In this document: one piece after another, positions 11,303-24,399 of the stretch | Layout: the number at the start of each line of letters is the position of its first letter | Numbering within the stretch: position 1 is the first letter of the stretch | Assembly: GCA_001599295.1 (NCBI GenBank) | Contig: BCGN01000001.1 | Coordinates: 1,426,001-1,490,000 of the forward strand | Direction of reading: 5' to 3' | Source: Sporopachydermia quercuum | Lineage: Eukaryota | DNA length: 64,000 nt | Notes under the pieces: generated by a model | Seen by the model: the letters and a program-made list of their open reading frames with translations, nothing else | Told to the model about the DNA's origin: nothing | Database searches by the model: none | Position numbers and translations under genes: made by a program

Positions 11303-12616
11303 ATGAGACAAGTTAAACCATTTTATTTGATTCCAGTTGGTTTCCTTGTCGCTTTTTTATTTGCTAGAACAGTCAACGTAATAATGGGTAATTGCATTGG
11401 AATTCAAGGCGCAGATAATAGCAACGAGAAGATCGATTTGATCAAACAGGGCCAAGTGAACATAGAGGAGAAACTTACTGGGCCTGTAACAGACACTGAT
11501 GCTGTATGGAAGTTTGAAACGGTACTGGGCATGTTTTGGCAGGATGACACTGAGACTGATGACAAAACCTTTGATTACTCCAAAGATTTTGGGCTTATTG
11601 GAGACTGGAAGCAACTGCTGAATAAGCTTCAGCAATTAAATGAATCTTCTGACGAAAATCAACGCTACAAGTTGTTTTTTGTTGCTCGCCATGGCCAAGG
11701 ATATCATAATTTGGCCGTCGAAATATATGGTATGGCAATCAATGTCTGAAAATAATGGAAATAAAAACGAGATACTAACAATTGTTCTTAGGTGAAAGCG
11801 AATGGGATGTAAGTTGTTATTCTTGATATAAACAGTCATTAAACCTTGTGTTAGTGATATTAACTGAATAGCGCTATTGGTCTAAAATTGAAGGCGATGG
11901 GAAAATCATTTGGGTATGTGAATTGCATGCGATTTCCTTTTTCATGTAGATATTATTACTACTTTACTAACCTAGATCTTAGGGACCTGACCCTTTATTA
12001 ACTGATAAAGGTGTTGAACAAGCAAAGTTCAACAACAAAATTTGGAAAGAACAACTCAAGAAAGGAGTAAGTGGAGGGATCCTTTCCCAATTCAGCATCT
12101 CATTCCAGTTTTTTCTCCCTCATGATAATGCCGAACACTAACAATTTTTAGGCTCCTTTACCCGACATATTTTACAGCTCGCCATTCACAAGATCAGCTG
12201 ATACCTTGGTGTACACTTGGAAAGACATTGTCTTGAACACTAAAGAAAGACCAATTGTCGTTGAGAAACTTCGAGAAACAATTGGTGAGCATACTTGCGA
12301 CAAGCGAAACACTCGCACTTTCATTGCTCATAGGTATCCAGATTTCATAATAGAAGATGGATTCACTGAGAATGATGAATTATGGCAAGAAGATTATCGT
12401 GAGACTCGTCAGGAACAAGCAGAAAGAATACAAAAGTTCTTCAATTTTGTTTTTGAGTTGGATCATGATAAGCCATCAAACCATCAAGATTCAGTAATCA
12501 GCATCACAGCACACTCAGGAGTAATCAATGCCGTGTTTGATATTACTGGACATCGGCAGTTTGAAATTGGCCCTGGTGGAATGGTTCCTCTATTGATGAA
12601 GGGCACTAGATTATGA
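11303..12616 (+). CDS. Histidine phosphatase / phosphoglycerate-mutase-like protein (Pmu1-like) with N-terminal hydrophobic anchor, 5 exons
   Basis: Exons 11303-11729, 11792-11808, 11872-11913, 11983-12066, 12152-12616 join in frame: ARHGQGYHN..YGESEWD-RYWSKIEGDGKIIW-GPDPLLTDKG..YSSPFTRS..LRETIGEHTCDKR..AHSG. All introns are GT..branch..AG. Confidence 0.9.
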
Positions 12617-12809
12617 TCTAAAATTTACAGTAAGGCATAGCAAGATAGAAACATAAAGTTATATATAATCATTCTAATTCATTAATCTACATACATAATA
12701 CATGCTCAATCGACCGGTATCTAGTCTAATTCTAATATTCGACCCATATACACAGTTTCACTTCTTTTGTTCTTTCACCCGACAACTCTGTTAAAGAAAT
12801 ATTTGACAC

Positions 12810-13610
12810 TTATTTAGAATACACAGGCCTTAAGGCATACATTCTCACAGGATATAACTCCTTTGGCATACCTTTCTGTAAATCTGTGGCTATTAATTTG
12901 AGCCCAGCTTTTTCAAATAAGTCTCTATAAGACTTATCACACCTTGTCAAAGAACTATCTTCAGCATCATAACTATCACTCAAATGTCCATTGTTTTCCT
13001 TCACAATAATCATACCAGTAGGTAGTAATCCTTCAGCGCATCGAATCATGAATGCAACTAAGTTCTCATTATTCAAATGTCCTAAACACCACTGACACCA
13101 AATTATCCAATATTTGCCTTTTTCAGGAACAAAGTCCTGCATACTTATCGTACTAATTCTACCGATTTTACCGTTAGCTTTCAAATCTTTTAAATCTATT
13201 TCTGCTTGATCAATAAAAGACTTAACAGGCTCAACTAAGTCAACTTCATCACAGAACTTTGATAATATATCCTTTGTGACTCTACCAATACCTGCACCCA
13301 TATCACAGCCAATCTTCTTCTGTCCTGGTGGAACTTTCATTCTGGCAGCTAGCTTTCTAATGAAGGTAGATGAGCCCACTACATCTGCTTTCGGTACTGA
13401 TGTGTTTCCATATCCTCCTAAAACACCGTCTACAGTTGCAGGAACACTTTCCCAGTAATTTATTCCTTTCTGGTATTCAATTTGCGCATCAAGCCTACCT
13501 TCAGCTATTTCGATGACTACATCTTTTTTAGCCCCTCTCAATTTTTTACTGTTTGGTTGATCTGACGGTGAAGGAGACTTTGATGCCTCATGCGTGGTTC
13601 CTGTTGTCAT
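12810..13610 (-). CDS. TAE1: Alpha-N-terminal protein methyltransferase Ntm1/Tae1
   Basis: YW..VPATVDGVLGGYG, DMGAGIGRVT, IWCQWCLGHL, IIVKEN and ELYPVRMYAL motifs. First ATG is at 13610; the ORF track starts at an upstream non-ATG codon. Confidence 0.94.
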   Translation of the reverse strand: MTTGTTHEASKSPSPSDQPNSKKLRGAKKDVVIEIAEGRLDAQIEYQKGINYWESVPATVDGVLGGYGNTSVPKADVVGSSTFIRKLAARMKVPPGQKKIGCDMGAGIGRVTKDILSKFCDEVDLVEPVKSFIDQAEIDLKDLKANGKIGRISTISMQDFVPEKGKYWIIWCQWCLGHLNNENLVAFMIRCAEGLLPTGMIIVKENNGHLSDSYDAEDSSLTRCDKSYRDLFEKAGLKLIATDLQKGMPKELYPVRMYALRPVYSK

Positions 13611-13904
13611 TATTATACTCCAATTTTTGTCCTGAATCCTACCAAAAATAACTCCCTTTGATTTACCCCACACAGTTCCAAATGTCTGGATAGCACTATG
13701 CTACAATCTTTTCTCGTACCTTTTTTGCTAAACCTTTATCTACCAAAAACATATTTTATCACACATAGTAGATAGATTTTTTCTCAGACAGATGAACAAA
13801 GCATAAAATTTTCATGATAGGAATCAACAGAACTCTTCCGATTATCTAATCAGTAATAAGTTGTCCTGCATGTCCAGATGACAATCCCGATGACAGTTGT
13901 CGTT

Positions 13905-13913
13905 TCACGTGAC
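13905..13913. promoter_or_regulatory. Cbf1-type E-box (TCACGTGAC)
   Basis: Matches RTCACGTG on the minus strand, in the divergent TAE1/SSH1 promoter. Similar sites at 41146-41154, 47466-47473 and 59230-59238. Confidence 0.5.
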
Positions 13914-14517
13914 CTTCATCTACTTTGTCACACAAGTCTCAATTACGTGTTCACTAAACTAACCGAAATAGTACTCAGTTAGGGAAGAAGTTCCACCCCA
14001 ATATGAACAATGGTACTAATATTAACAACCGCGAGGAACATATTTATCGTCACTAGTGCTTTAACAGAGTAATAATAAATCAGATCAGAGTTGAAAACCA
14101 GCCAAATTCAATAAATAAAAGACCAGTAGCGAAAGTTCTTCTAGCTTGACATTGTTACCAGTCAATTCGCATATTCTAGCTGTTCAGCTTTCAGCTATCA
14201 ATTAACTTTGATAGGGAAATTGCAACTGTGAACTTTAAATCTCGGACTGAAAAATTCATGATTTGGGCGAAATGGCAGGTAGGGACGACGGAGTGGAGAG
14301 TTATCGATCATGAGTAGCTTAGATGTAGTTAGGTTTGAGCTATTGTAGTATAATAAGGAAGCAATATATAATGGAACAGCTGCCATTCGATTGAGATTTG
14401 TTAGTAGGGAACATCAGTGGTTTCATTAGTTGTGATTGCTAGAGAGAACTAGTATATATAGTTGAGAATAAGTTGTGGAATTGTTGACGGGATTGAAAAT
14501 AAACAATAATCGGGAAA

Positions 14518-16481
14518 ATGAGTAGCTGTAAGTGTTGATGGTATTGTAAGAACGAGAAAAAAAGAGTGTCAGAAAATGTAACAGGAGGCCAATTTTGATA
14601 GTTTGAAGAATTGGTTAATCGTTAGCATTTGATCATCTGAGAGTTTTTGTTTTGAATAGATGGAAATGGAAGCGGTGTGTAGCAGATCGAACTGTGAAGT
14701 TAGAACTATGCATTCATGATGGAATAGTGTTTCTGCTCACGATTTCAGAATCTCAAAATCATATTAGTATTCAGACGTTGAATACGAATACTGTTTTATA
14801 CGAGAGACTAACAGAATGTCAATAGTCCGTTTATTAGACTTGGTAAAGTCATTTTTACCGCTATTACCAGAGATTGAGACTCCTTATCAAAAGGTATGAT
14901 TGAACTGCTTTGCAAAAGAAAGCGGAAACTTATTGGACAAATCAATAAAATTTGATACAGGATAAAAATGGTGCTAACTCTAATGTTTTAGGTAACTTTT
15001 GATGACAAGGTTCTCTATACTATGGGAGCGGCATTCTTTTTCTTTATCTCCCAAATTCCGTAAGTATTTTGTTATTACGACTACCATGGAAGAGTTGATA
15101 GTTCAAAGTCTATTTCGGTTTTGTTATCAACAAAAACATAACAAAAAATGCTCAAGGCTTACTAACGTATTGATAAATCAGTATTTTTGGAGTCAAAGCA
15201 GTTGCTGATCCTTATAGTTTCTTGAGACCTATTTTTGCAACTGGCCCAAGCGGTTCATTACTTGAGTTTGGAGTTGCTCCAATTGTATCTGCTGGATTCT
15301 TATTTCAATTATTGGCAGGCTTGCAGTTAATTGATGTAAATTTTGACATTAGGACCGACCGTGAGCTTTTCCAATCTGCTCAAAAGCTTTTTGCTCTCTT
15401 TATTACTTTTTTTAGTTCGTTGGCTTTAGTTTTCGGAGGTTATTATGGTGATGTTTCTGAATTAGGCACTACCCAAGTTGCCTTGACTGTTCTTCAACTT
15501 TTCGTGACAGGATTTCTCCTTATTTTAGTTGCTGAAATTTTAGACAAAGGATACGGATTTGGCTCTGGTGCTTTCACTTTCATTGGACTGAACGTTAGTG
15601 AAAAATTCATTTCCAACACTCTATCAATCCAGTCAGTTAAGATCATTGGCCGTGAAGAGTTCGTTGGAGCTATTCCTGCTCTATTCAGTTTGATTAGAAA
15701 TAGATCTTCCTTTGCTGGAGCTATTCTTGAAGCATTCACAAGAACTTATGCACCAAACTTGTTCTTGCTTTATGTTTCAATTGGTATTTTGTCTCTTACT
15801 ATCTTCTATCAAAGTTATAGATATGACATATCTTTAAGATCAACCAAGGTCAGAACAACATCAACAACTTACCCAGTTCGCCTTTTCTACACTGGTGCTT
15901 TACCATTGTTGAGTTATGCTGCTGTTATTTTCAACTTGCTGATTGTCTCATATATTTTATATGCTTTGTTCCCCACGAATGCATTAGTTAGACTCTTGGG
16001 AGTATGGTCAATTAATCCTACAACTTCAACTTCAGAGATTACATCTGGCCTTTTATACTACATTTTACCTACGAAGGGTATCTTTGATGCCTTATTCCAT
16101 CCTATCAAGGCTGTCTTATATTCTCTTGTATTCCTCTACATTTCTGCTCTTTTTGCATCTATTTGGGTGGAAATTTCTGGTGCTGCGCCAAAGGATATGG
16201 CCAAGACTTTCAAAGAACAAGGTGTTGTTGTAGCTGGTCATAGAGATACTGCTATCACCAAAGAGCTGAAGAAAATCATTCCTCCTGCTGCTACCACTGG
16301 TGCTCTAGTATCTGCTGGTATTGCCATTGCTGCCGATCTTATTTTTGGAACTGATGGTATGGGAATTGCTCTGGTATCATCTGTTGGTATTATCTTTTAC
16401 TTTATGGAAGTTTTCGCTCAAGAGTCCCAAAATGGTAACATTAATGGTGAATTTGCTAGATTTTTAGGGGGAAGTGCTTAA
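14518..16481 (+). CDS. SSH1: Sec61-alpha paralogue Ssh1, 4 exons
   Basis: Exons 14518-14527, 14826-14893, 14992-15059, 15182-16481 give MSSFRLLDLVKSFLPLLPEIE..; also GSLLEFGVAPIV, DRELFQSAQKL, LDKGYGFGSG, YPVRLFYTG. Divergence from canonical Sec61 favours Ssh1. Confidence 0.9.
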
Positions 16482-16775
16482 GCAATTTGGTCTAAACAGA
16501 ACTTATATTGTACAGTATATATTCAGGTTTTATTCTCTTTGCATATCACAGATTTCAACTTCACTCTTGATGATTTATCCTCAATACAAAACGCCTGATT
16601 TCTTACCATTTTGAAACAGTGCGTGAGTTTTTTTCCTTCAATTAACAGCATTTGTTTCGTTTTCAATTACAAATATTGTCCATTTTCTGGAAGTTGAATA
16701 AAAGAAATACCAAAATTCATATAATATTAATTATCATTATAACTTTAAAATATATATAACTAATAACACACTATT

Positions 16776-19700
16776 TTACATTTGAACACTTAGATTTGTT
16801 CTTCTCTCAAATATTCTGTAGATTTCTTGAGACTGGAACTCATCTGTATCTCCATGAAGAATGTTTACTTTATACTTCTTCAATAGGTCTTCAACATTAT
16901 TGGAAAAAATATCATGGAAAGCAAATTCAAAATCAATGTTAGCTTTAAATTTGATACCTGTCAGAGAGACTAGTTTGTATGAAATTTTCAGTTTGTCATT
17001 TGTCGAATGAACTTTCATAGGAAAGAACAAACCTAAGTCAGTGAATCTCTTGTTCAACAACAGCACAGCATCCCATTTGTTTTTTACTTCTTCCCATTCA
17101 AAATCATGACTATCGCTTTTTTTGAGTTGCTCCTCTTTCATGAAATTTAAAACAAGATTAACTATACTTTGATTACCAAGGTACAGCACATCTTGTAATT
17201 GTATGGCTCCTTCAATGATGGTAAAGAATAACTGCAAGCCCTTATAATCGATCTGCAATACATTATTATTGTTACAACTGATCGATTGACAATGAGACAA
17301 ACACTCCATCCAGTTAAACTTCTTTCGCAAGTCATTGATCTCCTTAGAATTGAATATCTTATTATCTTCATAAACAGCTTTACTTTCACTAATGCTTTCA
17401 TTCAACTTTTTTATTTCACATTTTAATGATTCATTACTTTCTATGAGAAATTTGATGTTATTGTCAGAATCATTCTTTTCTGAAATCATCTTCTGCACAG
17501 CTTGGCGTAAATCAACTAATTCTTCTCTTTGGTGGTTCAATTGCTCATTATCGCACTTCGCAAATTCACATTTTCTCTTTCTTAGCCTCTCAAGAGTATC
17601 CTTGACTCTTTGATGCTTCAATACTAGAGATTCATGTTCCTTTCTAGATTTAGATAATTCCTCTTCCAAGACTTCCTCATCTTCGTTCAGCTTCTTCAAG
17701 TTCTTCTCACATTCTAAACTGACCCCATTCACCAATTGACTTTTCCAATTATACCATACTGTTTTTGATTGTTGTCGAGCATATGATTTGATAAGTTTGA
17801 ATTGGGTATCCATGTGCCTTTGTACTTCAGGAGATGCTTGGAAGTATTCTTTTATCAGCGTTGGGTTTTCCTCCAGGACTTCTACTTCTAACTGGTTAAA
17901 CTGATCACGGCCTTGCTTCATGTTTTCTATCAGTTCTTTACAACCAAAATCAAACATATCGGCGTTGCTTAGTTTGATGGCCGCAGTAACATATTCTACC
18001 ACTTTGATTTCCTCTTCAGTGGTAAAACTTGATGCTGACATTTCTGGTCTTTTCTCGTGTACAGCTAGATCATCAAAGAATTCCACTTGGATTGCATCAA
18101 GGAATTGTTTCAGGCTAACATTGACATAATCTGACGGTTGAGGTTCATTAGTAGGTTTGGTTCTAGTCAATTGTAACGACAGTGTTGATAACTGCGGTTG
18201 GGCTAAGCCAATTCCTTGCTGGATTGTTGCTTTCCTTTGTGCAGATCTTAATGGTGTAAAAGCAGAAATAAACCCTTCTGACAAAGAGAATTTAGGAGTA
18301 TCAAAGGATATTGATGTTGATTTTGGTTTCGTACCTTTAATAGGTGTTAACATCCCAATTTTTTCTTTTAATGAGTCAGCCATATCATTGATAGTTGAAT
18401 ATTTGATTTTTCTCGCAGTTCTATCAACCGATTTAGTACCCTTTGGTGTTGTAAAATTAACATTTGTTGAACTATTGCCAAACACTGGTGATGACATACT
18501 ATGTATTCGCATCTGGGTAGAATATGAACTACCGTTTATTTCATTATTTGTCTCTGTTTCAGAATGTTTACGCTTCTTAGAAGGGGGAGTTTGCGCTGAT
18601 AATGACCTAAGCTCCATAAGAGGTTTCCGTAGTGGTGAGTTGTTCAAGATGGTATTCTTCACAGGTGAACCTAGTGATTTCCTTCCAATGGAAGCTTTCG
18701 GCTTCAGTGGAGAAAGACTCATTGAAGGTTTCATCATAGCAGAAGAGACGGCATTGTTTCCACTTACTAGGCTATTTACTTTGTCTCTTGGTATCGATGG
18801 TATCGTATTTGGTATTACTGTCATATCCATATCAGATGTGTCAGAGTTATTATCATCAGAAGGAGGAGCAAATATAATCCCACCAGTGGGCTTCGTCATA
18901 TCCATTGTCATATCCATATTCGTATCATCATCAGCTTCCTCATTTTGACTAGGGTAAAGAATGTTTTTATAGCTATTATTGCTATTGAGATTGACAAAAA
19001 GATAGTTGCCGCCAGAGTTAATGCTCTGATTAATTGTCCCCAAGGCTTGAGTCATATCCATCTCTTCTTCAAACACATTCGCCACATCTTCGTTATTGTT
19101 GTCATTCGTTACTTCATTTAACATTCTAGAACTCAAGATAGACCCAACATCTTTTGTCATTTCCATTGTGTTTCTATCCTCATCAGACTCATGATCGGAC
19201 AATCTTGACTCGTTCTGATTACCTGTGAAAATTTGTGTTAAACTCATATCTTCGCCATCCGATAATACATTCGATCGGCTGTCTTCATTTGATCCTTCTG
19301 TTCTGGTAAGTTCCATATCAATTGTTTCATTATCCTGACCATTGATGGTAGGAATAACATCAGTAAACTCCATCGTTTCTCCTTCGTCACTTTCCATATG
19401 TTCTAGCTCAGGTTTCAGCGTTTGTTGAGATAACTCATTTTCCACCTCTTCATCCATTTCCATATCGCTGCTATCTTCCAAAACTTCTGTCCCGAAATCT
19501 GGTTGAAAATCTTTGAAATGATTGGGTGAAGGAGGTTTGGCTACTGCTGGTTGGTCTGAGAAAATATTTACCGCTGGACCAAAAGAGATGGTTTCTCTTC
19601 TCCTGGGTTCTCTTTCAGTTAGTTGAGGAGCTATTTCTGTAACAATGGTGTGCAATGTTGCTTCAGGAGCAAAAGAAACCCTTCTTCTATTAGCTTTCTT

Positions 19701-19889
19701 TTGTTCCCCATCTTGATCTCTCAAAGGAACCTGAATGGCTCCTATAACTGTATGATTTTCATCATATCTGTTATACCCTTTGAGAATCCCACGAGTAGCT
19801 AGAGAGTGTCTATGTCTTGGTTTGCTCTTCTGGAATACAGTTATGGCTTGAGGTGCCGTATTTTCTTTTTCAATTTCAAACGCAACCAT
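16776..19889 (-). CDS. SPC105: Kinetochore scaffold Spc105/KNL1
   Basis: GILK and RRVSF PP1-binding motifs, multiple MELT-like repeats (MEFT, MELT, MSLT, MEMT, MDMT) and a C-terminal Spc7-type coiled coil. Confidence 0.95.
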   Translation of the reverse strand: MVAFEIEKENTAPQAITVFQKSKPRHRHSLATRGILKGYNRYDENHTVIGAIQVPLRDQDGEQKKANRRRVSFAPEATLHTIVTEIAPQLTEREPRRRETISFGPAVNIFSDQPAVAKPPSPNHFKDFQPDFGTEVLEDSSDMEMDEEVENELSQQTLKPELEHMESDEGETMEFTDVIPTINGQDNETIDMELTRTEGSNEDSRSNVLSDGEDMSLTQIFTGNQNESRLSDHESDEDRNTMEMTKDVGSILSSRMLNEVTNDNNNEDVANVFEEEMDMTQALGTINQSINSGGNYLFVNLNSNNSYKNILYPSQNEEADDDTNMDMTMDMTKPTGGIIFAPPSDDNNSDTSDMDMTVIPNTIPSIPRDKVNSLVSGNNAVSSAMMKPSMSLSPLKPKASIGRKSLGSPVKNTILNNSPLRKPLMELRSLSAQTPPSKKRKHSETETNNEINGSSYSTQMRIHSMSSPVFGNSSTNVNFTTPKGTKSVDRTARKIKYSTINDMADSLKEKIGMLTPIKGTKPKSTSISFDTPKFSLSEGFISAFTPLRSAQRKATIQQGIGLAQPQLSTLSLQLTRTKPTNEPQPSDYVNVSLKQFLDAIQVEFFDDLAVHEKRPEMSASSFTTEEEIKVVEYVTAAIKLSNADMFDFGCKELIENMKQGRDQFNQLEVEVLEENPTLIKEYFQASPEVQRHMDTQFKLIKSYARQQSKTVWYNWKSQLVNGVSLECEKNLKKLNEDEEVLEEELSKSRKEHESLVLKHQRVKDTLERLRKRKCEFAKCDNEQLNHQREELVDLRQAVQKMISEKNDSDNNIKFLIESNESLKCEIKKLNESISESKAVYEDNKIFNSKEINDLRKKFNWMECLSHCQSISCNNNNVLQIDYKGLQLFFTIIEGAIQLQDVLYLGNQSIVNLVLNFMKEEQLKKSDSHDFEWEEVKNKWDAVLLLNKRFTDLGLFFPMKVHSTNDKLKISYKLVSLTGIKFKANIDFEFAFHDIFSNNVEDLLKKYKVNILHGDTDEFQSQEIYRIFERRTNLSVQM

Positions 19890-20493
19890 CTTGATAAGCC
19901 CGTATTATTCTATTCCTACACGGAAAAAATCGTCTTTCAGCAAGTTACCAGATATCGTTTAGTAAATTTTATGTTGTACTTATAGCAGTAGTATTTTCCC
20001 TTTGTAATGGCTTAAATGATACTTTCTAGCTCCTATCAACGGTGGTACATGATATTGGTATGTCATATATCATATATTCCAAGCAATATAAACAACTAAT
20101 CAAAAGCATCAACGACCCTTCACAACACAATAACCTTCTAATGAAGTACTTGATGAAAAACTATCAAAGATTGACACAATTGATGATTATGCTACCGCGC
20201 AGATGATTCTATTTCCTGAAAAAAGAGAAAGATAAACATGCTTTAATCGGAAAATGTTGTCATAGCAACTGCAGAGATCCTTATCTTTCTCAGTATGATG
20301 ATATAATCATAAATCATAAGATGAGATCTAAAGTGCCATTTTTGAAATACAGTTTCCACGCTAGTGAATTTTGATCTTTATAAATTTTTCTCTTTATACG
20401 ATTGATATGAATATTGAGAATACTTTATATAAGAATACCGGTCGCCACTGCAGAATCCAGGCTACTGTATTGTTGGAAGACCACTGCGAGAAA

Positions 20494-23400
20494 ATGAAGT
20501 ATTTGGAGCATCTTGGACCTGTGACTGCTCTAAAGTTTGTTCCTCGTAGTTCTGGGCTTGAGGATCTCTTAGTGGTAGGTCAAGGGAATCAACTGAAGGT
20601 GTTTAGTTGGAGGTCGGGTATTCTATTAAATGTTTTAGATGTTTTCAAAAGAAACAAAATACACGGAATTGAAATTGGTATGTTCTAGTTGTGAATTTGG
20701 CGGATTTACTATTAAATTTGATAGATCAATATGGAGTAAAGTAGTATAAGTACAGGTGAGATGAACAATCTATTTAATTGCTAACCAAACGTACAGGAAA
20801 TGGAGTTATTGCATGCTGGGGAGGTAGATCTTTGGCTTTTATGTCACTGGCAGGGCTATTAGAAACTGGACAGAAATTTGTCGATAAAGAACTAGCTTGT
20901 AATGATTGGATCATCGCATTCTCCTTCGGTACTACTGATAGTTCTGGATATATACTCAATGGCCATAATGTGGTTATTATATTAGATATAAGAATCAGTG
21001 AGAACGGAGAAATTGAGGGAATAGTTAAAAACGTGAAGCACTGCGGAGAGAAAAGTATTTTATACTCAGGAACGATCCGTGTGCTGAAAGATACTGGCAA
21101 AGTGCTCATTGGAGCAGGAACAGTCATCAGTGGGGCCATTGTATGGGATTTAGACTCAGAACACCTATGCAGATTTCAAGGACATGAAGGGTCAATTTTC
21201 AACGTTTATATCTCTCGCGATGGTACTAGAATACTTAGTTGTTCGGATGATAGATCTATCAGGCTTTGGAACTGTGAACAGAACTCTTCTACTCAAGGGG
21301 AATGCATAGCTGTCGGTTGGGGTCATACAGCAAGAATTTGGGACTTGGAATTCATCGGAGACTCTTGTGATACATTTGTTAGTGTTTCCGAAGATGCAAC
21401 AGCTAAAGTTTGGAAATACAATGCTCAAGAATCTGGAAAGTTATGCATTGAAACTTCCTATAATGCGCATTTAGGTAAAAACAGTTGGGCGGCTGCCGTA
21501 AATGAATACTCGTTAATATTAGCAACCGGTGGTCAAGATGGGAGAGTTTGTTTATTTGATCTAGAAACAGCCAAGCTTAATGATAAGGCATTAGATAAAA
21601 GACAATGGAGTCTAGCAGGTTTATTCTCTAGGCTAGGACTTACAGCAGTCAAAGATGAACGGTTTAAGCAGTTTTCACGTTTTGGTGATTCAAAACTCAT
21701 TGTGACCTCTTCTATGGGAAAAGTGTTACTATTGGATATACCCTCGTTAACCTGGAAATATTTATTTACAGATGACTCCCTAAGCAACCTTTCAATTGTC
21801 AAAGGTTGGAAACATGTAAGCTATGGTTGTATCGGTAACAGAGAAGGTGATGTGTTTGTTTATAAATGTTCAGATCAGAACAACGATTTAATATTGCACC
21901 AGAAGATTGAAAATGGTGTTTATTTTAAGGGTAAATTGTCTGATATCTTTTTAACAGATACTGATTCCAAGCTATTCTTGCTTTGCGAAACCCAAAATCC
22001 GAAGGATCCTTTTGTTCTTCAGAGTTTTACGATAGATAATAAAGGAGACATAATACATAGTGAAGGTTTAGTTACGGAAACTCTTGGTGCGCCTGTTTCT
22101 TTTCTTGCAACGTCAGTGTCATACTCCAAAGAGTTCAACCTTCTTATTTTAGGTTCAAGATTTGGCGCTATTGCTATTTACAATTGGGGTGGTGCACATC
22201 AAAAGTCTGTTGACTATACAGCCTGCTGGCGCCAAATAATGGCTGAAGATACTGTAACTAGCATAAGCATTGTTGACAGTGATACCAACAAAGGTCATTT
22301 AATTTTATTGATATCGGGAAGAAACGGCACCTATCTGTACGCTAGACTTACTGTAAATCAGAATGCTACCGGTGGTTCGCGAGACACCAAGGAAGGAAGA
22401 GCAGGAGATGTTATTCATACGTTCAAGCTAGATATCATCCATGATAATAAGATCCAAAGAGGATTTTTAGAAGGTGCCAGAACAATCAACAAAGAATTAG
22501 TTCTTTATGGATTCAAGTCCGACTCCTTTTTCATTTATAATGAATCCAAGAACCACGAAGAGTTATTACAGGTATGTGGAGGGTCGCATAGAAGCTGGGA
22601 ACTCGTATTTGATGAAACAAGCTCTGAAACATTATCGTATCAATTAGTATTCATCAAAGCTGGTTGTATATACGTTTTTGACTCTAAATCTATTTCACCT
22701 AAGTTTTCCAAATCAACAATCCAGACTCATTCGCATGGTAGAGAATTAAGGTCAATTGCTATGGCTGGAAGACGTGAGACTGACAGTAAAGGTTCCTACC
22801 GTCTTTTTGCAACTGGTGCAGAAGACACTTGTATTAACCTTGGTAAGGTTTATGAAGATGGAAGTGTAATGAACCTGTGGTCTATGAGGAAGCATGTCTC
22901 TGGATTACAACAAATCAAATGGGCAGATGTACTTTTTCCACCGGAAGATTTCGATGACATATACTTGATTTCCAGTAGTGCAAGAGAAGAATTATTCATC
23001 TGGAAAATCACTAGAACAAGAACAAACCATTTTATAGCATTTGTTGGTGAACTTCCTGTTGGAAGTGTTAATCCGGACTTGCGGGTAATGAGTTTTGATT
23101 CAATCGAATATATAGAAGACAATACTGGAGTCAAATGTTTATTACTTCTCACAGTGTATTCAGATTCTACTATTAAAATATGGTCTTTCAATAAGCTAAC
23201 ATGTGTGACAAAACTTCTAATCAGAGGACGCTACAAGACGTGCTGTTTGCTCAATACATCCTTTATAAGAGTTGATGAAAAACCTAGAAAAACTATTGGC
23301 TTCATAACAGGTGCTACTGATGGTCATTTGGCTATGTGGGATGTAGGGAGCTTGGACCAAATAATAAATGAGGAATTAGACGAAGGTCGAGACTTACCTG

Positions 23401-23822
23401 ACCCAGTGAAAATCTTACAAATACACCAGTCTGGAATCAAAGCAATGGAAGTTGATACAAAGAACGGAATTCAAATAGTTACAGGTGGTGATGATAATGC
23501 CTTAGCGCTCACCAAGTTCAAATATTCAGATGGTGAACCATGGGATTTGATTTTGGCTGATAAGGTTGAGTCAGCTGCATCATCTACTATATCTGATCTT
23601 GCAAAAACCACTTCTCACAAGAGTGAATTTGTTGTTGTAAGTGTTGACCAAACAATTAGAAAGTGGCAGATTGAAAAAGATAAGCTAAAGCTAATCGGAA
23701 GCTCATATACCACTATTGCTGACACTGGTTGTGTTGATTGTTGCCAAATCGGATCTCAAAAGTTAGCTCTGGTTGGTGGTTCAGGATTCTCAAGTTGGAG
23801 TATCGATGAGGATGAGTTCTAA
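20494..23822 (+). CDS. RTT10: WD40 protein Rtt10/Trm734 (WDR6), 2 exons
   Basis: Exons 20494-20677 and 20797-23822 (GTATGT..GCTAAC..CAG). HLGPVTAL, GHEGSIF, SCSDDRSIRLW, GWGHTARIW, CGGSHRSW, HGRELRS and TGGDDNAL motifs. Adjacent to RTC6 as in S. cerevisiae. Confidence 0.92.
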
Positions 23823-24034
23823 TTATAACTTTGTATATATATAACGTAGAAATAATTATAGAATAATAATACAGTATCTTCTTTCTTTTATAGAGTCTGT
23901 ATATCTTCTCACTAAGAGCTTCATATGCTCCGCTTTATTATACTATGTACAAGGAAATCACAACCACCTTTCTTCAGTTGACACTACATCGATGACCTCA
24001 GCTTATTTGATAAGTTTGGTAATATGTCTGGTAT

Positions 24035-24399
24035 TTAACCCTGCCTTTGCTTATGTTTTCCATTAGTTTTGCAGTAGACATAGAGTCTTCCCTTTCGTCT
24101 AACAAACTATCAAATAAGTTAGTCAATTATTCAATTGAATCAATATCTTAGATCCTCAAGAACATCCCTCGTTCTTTTCTCTTTCAATTACTTACATAGC
24201 AATCTTTACATCTCTTCCTCAAGGAGGAATATGTTTTGAATCCTCTAGTTGAAGTCAAACCAACGCAAGAGGCTATTTGGCGGGTATGACTTATGCTAAC
24301 TGTAGTAGGTTGGCTCAATCTACTTGCTGAAACCATGGCATTTGATGCCAGGCTTCTGACAACAACTTTGGGTACTTGTGTTCGTAATAATGCAAACAT
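24035..24399 (-). CDS. RTC6: Mitochondrial ribosomal protein bL36m, 2 exons
   Basis: Exons 24399-24196 and 24106-24035 (GTAAGT..GACTAAC..TAG) give a presequence plus [39 protein letters not shown]. Confidence 0.94.

Noticed and set aside
8519..12616. Frameshifted pseudogenes or programmed frameshifting suggested by split ORFs (P450, PMU1-like)
   Set aside because: All breaks are resolved in frame by GT-AG introns with branch points.
18157..18948. 263-aa antisense ORF inside SPC105 (and the many similar shadow ORFs in other genes)
   Set aside because: Antisense shadows of real CDSs, mostly non-ATG starts, with no domains.
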